DNA from: Cellvibrionaceae bacterium
GTDB lineage: Bacteria > Pseudomonadota > Gammaproteobacteria > Pseudomonadales > Cellvibrionaceae
Assembly: GCA_050633885.1 (NCBI GenBank)
Contig: JBOEHK010000002.1
Span: 853,504 to 917,503 of the forward strand
Length of the DNA stretch: 64,000 nt
Direction of reading: 5' to 3'
A program made the position numbers and the translations under genes. Of this stretch, positions 30,372 through 38,524 are shown piece after piece. Numbering within the stretch: position 1 is the stretch's first letter; each line of letters begins with the position of its first letter. The notes below the pieces were generated by a model, which had not been told where the DNA came from, did not search any database, and worked only from the letters and a program-made list of their open reading frames with translations.

Positions 30372-30455
30372 ATAGCGATTATAATTTTAATGATCCACGG
30401 GATGCTAGCAGTACAAGTAGTGTGTGTTAGTCAGTGCATTAACTGTCTGCGGGGT

Positions 30456-30497
30456 GGTCGCGGAGATAATGGTCGCGGAAATAATAGTGGCGGTACT
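30456..30497. repeat. tandem 15-mer ggtcgcgga(g/a)ataat x2 plus partial unit
   Basis: Read directly. Lies in the in-frame extension beyond the TPM stop codon. Confidence 0.85.
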
Positions 30498-30565
30498 CTC
30501 TCCACTCGTGCCAGCTTTAGCAAAACTGACAGAGCTAACCGTCGTCGAAGGTCATTCGGTGACTT

Positions 30566-30678
30566 CCAGCGATTTTAATCTTCGCCACAAGTGTGATTTT
30601 TGGGCTGGCTTAATGACTCAATAACATTGGCCAGTAACACTGACTTCAACAAATTGCCAAACTTTTTTAGGTGCATCC
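30566..30678 (+). repeat. 113-bp direct repeat, right copy (orphan esterase 3' fragment)
   Basis: Encodes ...SDFNLRHKCDFWAGLMTQ*, identical to the esterase C-terminus. No upstream esterase sequence. Confidence 0.95.
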
Positions 30679-30738
30679 TTAGCGATGTGACATAATGCGT
30701 CCCAATTATTGATCACGAGAATTTAATCGGGCGAATTC

Positions 30739-30960
30739 ATGAAAGAAATCATCATTAACAAAGAGCCAGTCGAATTATTTAAGATTTTAAAGTTTGAAGG
30801 TTTAACCTCAACTGGTGGCGAAGCCAAATTATTAATTGGTGACGGGCAAGTATTGGTCAACGGAGAAGTAGAAACACGGAAAAGCAGAAAGATGGTGGCA
30901 GGCGATACCATCACATTCGCGAATGAAACATTTACACTTAAGCTTGATGAGGAAGCTTAA
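30739..30960 (+). CDS. ybcJ: S4-domain RNA-binding protein, YbcJ family
   Basis: 73 aa: LFKILKFEGLTSTGGEAKLLIGDGQVLVNGEVETRKSRKMVAGDTITF. Confidence 0.8.
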   Translation: MKEIIINKEPVELFKILKFEGLTSTGGEAKLLIGDGQVLVNGEVETRKSRKMVAGDTITFANETFTLKLDEEA

Positions 30961-30998
30961 ATATAAAATTCTTGTTTGATATTGTTTAAATTTTTTCT

Positions 30999-31024
30999 CT
31001 GTGACATAAATATTTATGTCACAG
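30999..31024. promoter_or_regulatory. perfect 26-nt palindrome ctgtgacataaat|atttatgtcacag, candidate operator (or T-tract-less hairpin)
   Basis: Verified self-complementary base by base. Lies 39 nt after ybcJ and about 285 nt before lif2. Confidence 0.4.
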
Positions 31025-31307
31025 CATCTGTTAATGGAGAATCCTTTGTTAATGAAAAATCCTTGCACTGAGAGTGTTTGATACTAACTTTAAAGAAACA
31101 GAGTTTTAAACGGCTCTGAGATAAAAGTCTCATCTATTCACGAATATACCCCAATTTTCATATCATAGAACACTTTTTTGGGTTTACTCTGAGAAGTGGG
31201 TTGTTTATGCTTCTTAAATACAGCTCCTCGTTTTATGACTCAAATGCCATAAAACATAAAAATTGCTATAAAAAAGCGCCATGAAAAATAAAAAATGGAG
31301 AAATCCA

Positions 31308-32432
31308 ATGAAAAAATCTGTATTGATTTCTAGTTTTTTGACGGTGGTCGTCATTGGTGGCTTGGCATATTGGCTGCTGTCAGATAAGAACGCACCAGGG
31401 TCTATGTCGGCTGAGGTGGTGAACAATCAAGATAAAAATCCCAATGCTATTGCAAATAAATGGCAATGGGAAAATTTTTCCAGCGATAAGTCCGTAGCCA
31501 ACTCTGATGCAAAAAAAACGGAAACCAAAACCAAAACGGAAAAGAAACCATCTGATCTAGAGGGCCAAGTATCTTACGATGTAATAGAAATCTATAATCT
31601 TTTACAGTCCATCACACTTGATGAAACCGGTGGTGTAATACCTGATGAAACCGCAAAGCAAGCGCTAGAAAACGGCTTCATGAGCTTGGGACCCGATCTT
31701 AGTCAGGAGGCAATGTCTGAGCTACAAGACTTGATTCGCATTGGCTTGCCAGGTGAAGCAGGAGAACAAGCCGCTAATATTTTAGAAAACTATTATCAAT
31801 TTCGCTTAGCAGAAGTGGATTTTAATCAACAGATGGCTAACGCTTTACCTGCATCCGAAGCGGAGTCGGGACAAATGGCTGATACATTATCGGCCGCTGC
31901 TCAATATGAAAAGTTAGTACAGTTACGACGTGATTTTCTCGGTGATGATGTAGCTAATCAATTATTCGCGGTGGAAGATACGCAAGCAAAACATATGTTT
32001 GCTGCCATTGAAATTCAGCAAAATACTGATTTATCCGACGAAGAAAAACAAAAGCAACTAACGACTTTACAAGCGGAATTAAATAACAACTTAATTTCCT
32101 TGGGACAGTTAGAGCCAGAAGAAGCGGCAACAGAACAAGTGCAGCGCCTGCGTAATCAAGGTGCGCCAAGTGAAGAAATTTACACCGCTCGAGAAGCTAT
32201 TTTAGGAACTGAGAGCGCGCAAGAACTCGCTGCTGCTGATCGTGAAGAGGCTCGATGGCAAAATCGTTTTGAAGGGTTTTGGCAAGCACGCCAAGATGTG
32301 ATGGAAGCCGGATTAGATGAAGCCGAACGTGAACGTCAGCTCTCGCAATTGCTCGATCAGTATTTTAGCCCTGAAGAGCGAGAGCGGGCGCGAGTGACCA
32401 GTATTAATTGGCAAGCGAGAGATTCACAATAA
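31308..32432 (+). CDS. lipase-specific foldase (Lif) family protein, TM-anchored
   Basis: TM VLISSFLTVVVIGGLAYWLL. Lif-like blocks ...LIRIGLPGEAGEQAANILENYYQFRLAEVDF...LVQLRRDFLGDDVANQLFAVEDTQAKHMF..IQQNTDLSDEEKQKQLTTLQAEL. Start chosen at MKKSVL. Confidence 0.7.
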   Translation: MKKSVLISSFLTVVVIGGLAYWLLSDKNAPGSMSAEVVNNQDKNPNAIANKWQWENFSSDKSVANSDAKKTETKTKTEKKPSDLEGQVSYDVIEIYNLLQSITLDETGGVIPDETAKQALENGFMSLGPDLSQEAMSELQDLIRIGLPGEAGEQAANILENYYQFRLAEVDFNQQMANALPASEAESGQMADTLSAAAQYEKLVQLRRDFLGDDVANQLFAVEDTQAKHMFAAIEIQQNTDLSDEEKQKQLTTLQAELNNNLISLGQLEPEEAATEQVQRLRNQGAPSEEIYTAREAILGTESAQELAAADREEARWQNRFEGFWQARQDVMEAGLDEAERERQLSQLLDQYFSPEERERARVTSINWQARDSQ

Positions 32433-32552
32433 ATTAAAAGCCAGAGCGAAGAGGCTGAGTACTTGATAATTGTTACTCAAAAACCTCTTAAGATTTTCTA
32501 ACCGTTTTTTAATAGTCTCCGATTAATTTTCTAACAACATGCCAATAACTTT

Positions 32553-34139
32553 CTAATAACTTCGCCGTGTTCGCATTAACATCAGCATTAATATCAACCC
32601 AAGAAAAGAAACAAACCAGTAAGGGAAGCGACTGTAAAACGTCGTGCTGGTCTTTCCTTTTTCAGATGCCTGAAAAGGAACATCCAATAAGTAACCTGCG
32701 ATTTCTTGGTGATCTGTTTGTAATAGCGAGCGACCATTAGGCGCTAATACACCACCTAATCCATTATTCATCACATGTACGAGTGGACGACGGTTTTCCA
32801 CACTACGCAACACCGACGCACTCATGTGTTGGTAGGGAACTCGCGTGTTACCAAACCAACCATTGTTCGATTGCACGGTAAAGATATCGCCTCCAGTGAC
32901 GTCGGTGGAGGCGGCGACAAATCGGGGAAAAATAATTTCGAAGCAAATAAACGGCTTAATAGACGCGTTGCCAACATTAAAAATCGTCGGCGCTGAGCCT
33001 GCACTGTATCTGCCGAAAAACTCTCCTAAATAATACCGCGTCCAACGATTAATGCTGTCGGAATTCTCAAACAGAGGCAAATACTCAGCCATAGGAATAC
33101 GTTTTATTTTTTGGTATTTACCCATCGGCTTTCCCGTCTCGTCGAGAAAGGTTGAAGTATTAAAATTCCGCATCCTATCAACGTTTTTTTCTTGTTCGAA
33201 AGATTGAAACAGCAATGAACTTTCCAACTTGGCGACTTGTTTTTGGTAAGCGTCTTTCACAAACGCTTCTGTGTAATATTGTTTATTCCGCAATTCGGGC
33301 CAGATCACGAGCTCAGCTCCAGCCGCTACTAATTGCTCCGTTAAATCCATCTCGATGGGATAGCTTAAACTATAACCGGGGCGAGGGTCAGGTGTGCCAA
33401 TAGTCGGTGGTTCGTTGGTTTGCACCAAGCCTATTTTTAGTGTGTCCCATGACGCCATTTTACTGTCCCAATAATGTAAACTGAGCACACCATAAATAAA
33501 CCAACTAACAATCAGGGCGTATGCGGCCAATGCACTTCGCTGAAAAAATACTGCACGACCGATCAATGCTTGCGCGATGAATACATTGACAATCCCCACA
33601 ATAAAATCCAGACCACTTACGCCAGTAATATCTGTCGCTTGTAATGCCACCAAAAATTCACTTTGTGCATTACCAATCTGCCAGGGAAATAGCGTAGGGT
33701 AAAACGCAAAAACGAGTGCGAGAACAGTAGGAAACGCCCACAAGATAGCGTTATTATTTCGGCCAGTGGGGTTTAGATTTTGGGTCAAATAATGAGTTAA
33801 TGAGGCAACAAGAGCGAATATTTGCGCGCAGTAAAACCAGTAGATCGATGCCAGACCAACACTGTGAATAAACGAATAGGCTCTAAATAGCCGAATAAAC
33901 TCCGCCATCCAATAAGTAGACAAGCCAAAAGCTAAAAGCCCAGTGAGTAGTCCAAACCAGTAAGCTTGCCAAACGCTGCGACACTGTTGCAAGCCAATTA
34001 AAAATGGCACAAAAGCAATCCACCCCAACAAATAAAACTCAGGATATAACGCTGATATAGCAGACAAAATGGCACAGCTTAACGCTGCCACTGGAATCCA
34101 AAAAACAGGATGCGACCAAACTGAAGTCGTTTTATTCAT
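32553..34139 (-). CDS. apolipoprotein N-acyltransferase (Lnt)-like protein, probable paralogue
   Basis: Multi-TM N-domain plus CN-hydrolase domain. Putative triad: E (VIWPEL), K (YQKIKRIPMAEYLP), C (FICFEIIFP). ATG 34139 overlaps the upstream stop in ATGAATAA. Confidence 0.75.
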   Translation of the reverse strand: MNKTTSVWSHPVFWIPVAALSCAILSAISALYPEFYLLGWIAFVPFLIGLQQCRSVWQAYWFGLLTGLLAFGLSTYWMAEFIRLFRAYSFIHSVGLASIYWFYCAQIFALVASLTHYLTQNLNPTGRNNNAILWAFPTVLALVFAFYPTLFPWQIGNAQSEFLVALQATDITGVSGLDFIVGIVNVFIAQALIGRAVFFQRSALAAYALIVSWFIYGVLSLHYWDSKMASWDTLKIGLVQTNEPPTIGTPDPRPGYSLSYPIEMDLTEQLVAAGAELVIWPELRNKQYYTEAFVKDAYQKQVAKLESSLLFQSFEQEKNVDRMRNFNTSTFLDETGKPMGKYQKIKRIPMAEYLPLFENSDSINRWTRYYLGEFFGRYSAGSAPTIFNVGNASIKPFICFEIIFPRFVAASTDVTGGDIFTVQSNNGWFGNTRVPYQHMSASVLRSVENRRPLVHVMNNGLGGVLAPNGRSLLQTDHQEIAGYLLDVPFQASEKGKTSTTFYSRFPYWFVSFLGLILMLMLMRTRRSY

Positions 34140-34875
34140 TGACTGCGCTCTCATCTAGTTTTTCTGGAAAGCGAGCTTGCATATCAAGCAGTGCTTGTTT
34201 TTTTTCCGCTTCAGTGAGGTTGCCATCATTCCGAATTTGCAGACTGGTAGACATCATGATTGCAATGCGTCGCTGATCAAAAAACATTTTTTTTGCGACT
34301 GTTTTGCCTAACAGCTCATCTTGTAATTGAAATAATTCTGCATAGTTTGGAGGCTCGTTAGCCGTTAGTTTATCTTCCGCTAATGTATTCGCGGTATTTT
34401 TTTCCCACCAACGCTGCTCCATTTCTTTGTAATGTTTGAGTGCGGGTAGCAGCGTCATAAATTGCTGGCTCGCGGTTTTGCCAAACTGTTTTTCAAATAA
34501 AAAAGCCATACGCGCCAGTTGTAATTCCAGCAGTTGACCATCCATAACAGCAATGGCTTCCACCATCGCCGACTCCAACGTTGCATCGATTTTCAAATTA
34601 CCCTCTGCGTCGATTTGCAACTCACTCCAAGCGGCTTCAGCGAATGTAAAATCGAGATCGGCAATATCAGCAGGCAAGGGAGCAATCGAAAAGGTTTGAA
34701 CAATGTCGTCGTCGAAACTGTCTGCACTCTGCCACCAAACTAAAGCGCCAACGACCACGGCAAAAACAATGAGAATAATGCGCTGCTGAAACATAGAATG
34801 TTGACTAATGGCGAGTGCTGGAGCCTTATCTGTTGAGGGGGGATCATTGGTAACTAATGGCATCGTAAACCGCAT
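34132..34875 (-). CDS. short Lif-like (lipase chaperone family) TM-anchored protein
   Basis: TM IILIVFAVVVGALVWW. The C-terminal half is collinear with the other two Lif ORFs (LFQLQDELLGKTVAKKMFFDQRRIAIMMSTSLQIRNDGNLTEAEKKQALLDMQARFPEKL). Confidence 0.55.
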   Translation of the reverse strand: MRFTMPLVTNDPPSTDKAPALAISQHSMFQQRIILIVFAVVVGALVWWQSADSFDDDIVQTFSIAPLPADIADLDFTFAEAAWSELQIDAEGNLKIDATLESAMVEAIAVMDGQLLELQLARMAFLFEKQFGKTASQQFMTLLPALKHYKEMEQRWWEKNTANTLAEDKLTANEPPNYAELFQLQDELLGKTVAKKMFFDQRRIAIMMSTSLQIRNDGNLTEAEKKQALLDMQARFPEKLDESAVNE

Positions 34876-35017
34876 AATTAAAAGTGAAAAATGTTGAAGG
34901 TATTGAATCTAAATTCGTTATTGTAGTGTGCAGATTTATTATTGGCTTCATCGTACCAGTCATTTGACACCAGACTTTTCACGAATCAGCACACTTTACC
35001 TTAACTTAGGTGCAAAA

Positions 35018-35062
35018 CTATTAAGTCTCGACAATTTAAGTCTTAACAGTTTAAGTGTTAAC
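35018..35062. repeat. tandem 15-mer x3 (ctattaagtctcgac / aatttaagtcttaac / agtttaagtgttaac)
   Basis: Read directly. Lies in the divergent promoter region between the Lif-like/Lnt-like operon and the hydrolase gene. Confidence 0.9.
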
Positions 35063-35403
35063 AATCCCGTGAAAATTAGCATTACTTAGCTATAACAAAG
35101 TGTATTAATAGAGTATTTGAGTATATTTCAGTGAAACTAACAAACGACTAATCAGCCATTCAAATAGATTTGATACTGGAGTTACCACTTCTACTAAAAA
35201 TTCGGAGGTCGAGCAATATTTGTTCAAAAAAAGATTATCTAGAATATCCCTACAGTCGATTGATAAAAAATAGCAAATACAATCTTTCTGTAATAAATAA
35301 TAAATTAGGTCCCGAATTTCAGCGCTCACAGAGAAGAATAGCAATTCCCAAATCGCTGAGTTTAGGCACTCACTCATTTTGGCTAGAAAAGAAGGGTAAC
35401 AAT

Positions 35404-36096
35404 ATGAATATTAAAAGTTTACTTATTGGCGGCACAGCAATCTTGGCATGCGGCTTGATGGCTTCAACTGCATTTGCAGGCAATCCAAGCGGTGGTAGTA
35501 GCTGCAGCGTCAGCCGTACAACTGGTTCAGGTGCTGTATTTTATGTTCCAAGTGGTGGTAATGGTACTTACAACATCCTAGCTTGGGGTAATGGTACTGG
35601 TGGTGGTTCAAGCACTTACCGTGGTTTATTAGAAGCTGCTGCAGAAGAGTGTGTTTTGGTAGCCGCTGCGACAACTGCTAGCTCAGGAAGTGGTAGAGAC
35701 GTAGAAAGTGCACTTAACCAAGCGAAGAGCCGTTATAGCAGCATCGTTGGTTCAAATCCTAAAGTGTGTACTTCTGGTCACTCACAAGGTGGTGGTGGAG
35801 CTTTCAACGCTGCAAATCGTACGGATGCAGACTGCGTAATTGCGGTTCAACCTGACACTGTTTACACGACTAGTATCTCTCGACCTGTATCAAGCAGCAC
35901 AGATGTTGTTTGTATCTTCAGTACAGGTGATACGTTAGCGCCAGCGCTTCCGTTCAACGCATCAAACTGCCGTCGTAACTCAACTCGTTACTCACAAGAA
36001 ACAACATCGGGTTCTCACTTTGCACCAACATCTGGAACAGGTGGAGCAGCCGGTGCTGAAATGAGAAACTACATCAGAGACTGGTTAGTTAACTAA
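35404..36096 (+). CDS. small secreted alpha/beta hydrolase with cutinase/PETase/dienelactone-hydrolase-type motifs
   Basis: ATG 35404. Signal peptide MNIKSLLIGGTAILACGLMASTAFA. Nucleophile elbow GHSQGGGGAF, acid FSTGDTLAP, histidine SGSHFAPT. The upstream part of track ORF 35170.. is discounted. Confidence 0.65.
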   Translation: MNIKSLLIGGTAILACGLMASTAFAGNPSGGSSCSVSRTTGSGAVFYVPSGGNGTYNILAWGNGTGGGSSTYRGLLEAAAEECVLVAAATTASSGSGRDVESALNQAKSRYSSIVGSNPKVCTSGHSQGGGGAFNAANRTDADCVIAVQPDTVYTTSISRPVSSSTDVVCIFSTGDTLAPALPFNASNCRRNSTRYSQETTSGSHFAPTSGTGGAAGAEMRNYIRDWLVN

Positions 36097-36140
36097 TCAC
36101 TGTTAGTTTTTTGTTTCAATAATTTTTGTTTTAATGAAAG

Positions 36141-36169
36141 CCTCAACCTTTATGGTTGGGGTTTTTTTA
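36141..36169 (+). terminator. rho-independent terminator after the hydrolase gene
   Basis: cctcaacc-tttat-ggttgggg followed by T7. Confidence 0.8.
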
Positions 36170-36225
36170 TTTGTGGTTTAAGCTGTAGTTTTAGTCTTTT
36201 ATGGTGAAAACGGTAAGGAAATAAG

Positions 36226-36996
36226 ATGAGCAATATGATCAATGTTGTGGCGATATTTTTGATGAGCGTTGTACTCATTAGTGGCTGCGGCGAACAGCCA
36301 TCATCGGCGAACATTACAGATATAAATACAGATGTAAAAATAAAAAAACCAATAGATGAAAAAAAACACGGTTTTCAATCGCTAGAAGATCGATTTAGTT
36401 ATGCCTATGGTGCTGACTTGGCAGAAAAATTTAAAGCGGAAGGCATTGAATTAAATGTCGATATTCTAGCGACCGCAATGCGAGATGCATTTAAAGGCGG
36501 CGAAATGAAAATGCCTGATGACGAAGTCATCGCTACACTTGCACTTTATCAAAAAATATTTTTGAAGAAGAAAGAAGAACAAAAAGCCATCGCTGCTGAA
36601 AAAAACAAAAAAGAAGGCAAAGTATTTTTAGCTGAAAATGCCAAAAAAGAAGGCGTAGTCATCACAGAAAGTGGCTTGCAGTACAGAGTAATCACAGCCG
36701 GTGATGGCGGCTATAAACCGAAATTTAATGATGAAGTACAAGTGCATTATCGCGCAACGTTTACCGATGGCACCGAATTCGATAGCACTCACAAGCGCGG
36801 TGAGCCTTATAGCGTCAAAGCTAAAATGCTGATTGACGGTTGGGCCGAAGCGCTTCAGCTAATGACAGCAGGCGCCAAATGGGAATTAACGATACCGGCA
36901 GAACTTGCTTATGGCGAAGAAGGCCAGGATCCCTATATCGGACCAAATGCCGTACTGATTTTTGAAGTGGAATTGCTTGAAATTGAAGAGGGATAA
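36226..36996 (+). CDS. fkpA: FKBP-type peptidyl-prolyl isomerase, FkpA/Mip-like lipoprotein
   Basis: Lipobox LISGCG, dimerisation-helix region, FKBP domain GLQYRVITAGDG...[15 protein letters not shown]...[26 protein letters not shown]. Confidence 0.9.
   Translation: MSNMINVVAIFLMSVVLISGCGEQPSSANITDINTDVKIKKPIDEKKHGFQSLEDRFSYAYGADLAEKFKAEGIELNVDILATAMRDAFKGGEMKMPDDEVIATLALYQKIFLKKKEEQKAIAAEKNKKEGKVFLAENAKKEGVVITESGLQYRVITAGDGGYKPKFNDEVQVHYRATFTDGTEFDSTHKRGEPYSVKAKMLIDGWAEALQLMTAGAKWELTIPAELAYGEEGQDPYIGPNAVLIFEVELLEIEEG
36755..36983 (+). repeat. 229-bp direct repeat, left copy (3' end of intact fkpA)
   Basis: Collinear with 39520..39748 at a constant offset of 2765 nt. I count 8 mismatches, all at third codon positions. 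Confidence 0.95.
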
Positions 36997-37255
36997 AAAG
37001 CCGTCACAATAAGTTCACAATTATCGGGTGATACCATTATATTTTCTGGTTTAATTTAGAGGCCTAAATTTAGAAGTTTAGAAGTTTAAGTTTGGTGCGA
37101 TGAGTAGATTTGATTTAGCTGTTTTTTACTAATTAAAAACGGAGTATAAAAATTGTATTCTCGGCGAAAACTCTTTGTCGCTAGGTGCAAGTTCTTCGCT
37201 TTAAACTCTTCAACGCAAACTCTTCAACTCAAATTTTTCTTTGCAAGAAGCATAA

Positions 37256-38524
37256 TCATTCCTCGACAGAAAACGGATTTAAAAATTGCCGCTTCCAAAG
37301 CAACTGTCGATCAACTTCATTTAATTCCGCTTCATCACAAACCGATTGCCAGTTTTTCTCAATAATAATTTTTTGATGTTCAAAAATCGCATAGGCTTCA
37401 TCTTTCTTGAGTAAAAAATTTTTCGCAGCAGATAAACATGTTTTGAACTGGCTTAAATTATTTTCGCCAATAATCCGCATAGCTTGACCAGCCTCATTGC
37501 CCAAGCGTCCTTGAGGGCAGATATCATAGGCGGGAGTTAAACTTAAATGTTTTCCATCCCAAAACGCCGCATGGTTTCGGGCATGATCGTCAGTATTGCC
37601 ACATAAAATATTGAACAATAATCGCGAGAACAATTCTTTGAGTGTATCTTTAGGTTCAATAAATCGATGGCGAATAATTTCAGCTAATGTTTCATAACTG
37701 GCGTAGCGCGCCATCATGTCATCTAACCCAAATAAGGTGAGGGCAGAGACCATGGGTTGCCGCGTCCAGTCTTTGCCATTAAATTTCCTATCGAAACGCT
37801 CAATGAGCACAATATCTTTATTGGCTGCTTTCACCATTTTCACTGGCGCAACATTAATGCCGGCCAGTTTTGCCAAGCGCATAGCGATAAATTCCGCTTT
37901 CACCACGCTGTACAAATCATTCGTAGCAGAAAATTTAGCAATATATTTTGTGTCTTTTTCTTCGATTAACGCCTTAGGGCGTGCTCCGCCAATCGAGCTA
38001 CCATGAAAGAGCGCCTGATCTAATTCTGGCCGGAGAGGTATACCTTTCTCAACGCGCTCCGCTGATTGCATCAATTCTTCAATACTGACATTTTTTGCGA
38101 AGCGTGGAATATATTCAGTGGGAGATTGCTGAAAGTCCAAAGCACCAATCCGATCAGAGCCGGACTCTAAAAGGTAGGTCAGTTCATCAAGTGTAGCCGT
38201 ATCGGTATTCGCACCTTTTAAACCGAGTTTTTTATTAATAATCACTCGGCGCCCCCAAGCATCAGGAGCGCCATCACGAATACAACCTGGTATTTTTAAT
38301 CCATTCAAATTAGAAAGCACGCCCGCTTTTAATGGCAACTCAGGTTCGTAGATAGACATAGCTGGCGGAGTATCTTTAATACGCTCCAAATAACTTTTAC
38401 CGTAGTTAAATAAAAGCGCATCGCCATCGGCTTCAAGTTTTCCTGCGACCACAGGTTTTATTTCATTAGGTAGCCAGATCCAGACATAGCTTTCTTTGTA
38501 TTGGTTGTTAGAAGTCATCGTCAA
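37256..38524 (-). CDS. hipA: HipA-family serine/threonine kinase toxin (type II TA)
   Basis: About 420 aa. HGSSIGGARPKA (P-loop-like), CGNTDDHARNHA catalytic loop. 17-nt overlap with the upstream HTH gene. Confidence 0.85.
   Translation of the reverse strand: MTMTSNNQYKESYVWIWLPNEIKPVVAGKLEADGDALLFNYGKSYLERIKDTPPAMSIYEPELPLKAGVLSNLNGLKIPGCIRDGAPDAWGRRVIINKKLGLKGANTDTATLDELTYLLESGSDRIGALDFQQSPTEYIPRFAKNVSIEELMQSAERVEKGIPLRPELDQALFHGSSIGGARPKALIEEKDTKYIAKFSATNDLYSVVKAEFIAMRLAKLAGINVAPVKMVKAANKDIVLIERFDRKFNGKDWTRQPMVSALTLFGLDDMMARYASYETLAEIIRHRFIEPKDTLKELFSRLLFNILCGNTDDHARNHAAFWDGKHLSLTPAYDICPQGRLGNEAGQAMRIIGENNLSQFKTCLSAAKNFLLKKDEAYAIFEHQKIIIEKNWQSVCDEAELNEVDRQLLWKRQFLNPFSVEE

Larger units (their letters stand above)
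26273..30678. mobile_element. putative acquired islet (about 4.2 kb, 3 genes) bracketed by direct repeats of the esterase 3' end; no recombinase gene
   Basis: Flanking 113-bp direct repeats. Cargo of unknown-function genes. The displaced esterase 3' fragment at the right end adjoins ybcJ. Confidence 0.4.

Noticed and set aside
30390-30624. ORFs 30390..30578 and 30424..30624 as independent genes.
   Set aside because: The first is the in-frame continuation of the TPM frame past one stop codon. The second owes its C-terminus to the duplicated esterase 3' fragment. Neither has an RBS or a plausible fold.
30999-31024. Interpreting the 26-nt palindrome as a CRP/cAMP site or a LexA box.
   Set aside because: TGTGA and TCACA are separated by 14 nt rather than 6. 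The CTGT..ACAG ends are 18 nt apart rather than 8. Neither spacing fits.
35170-35403. N-terminal 78-codon extension of the hydrolase ORF given in the track.
   Set aside because: The extension starts at a non-ATG codon, has no sensible sequence, and would bury the clear signal peptide that begins at ATG 35404.
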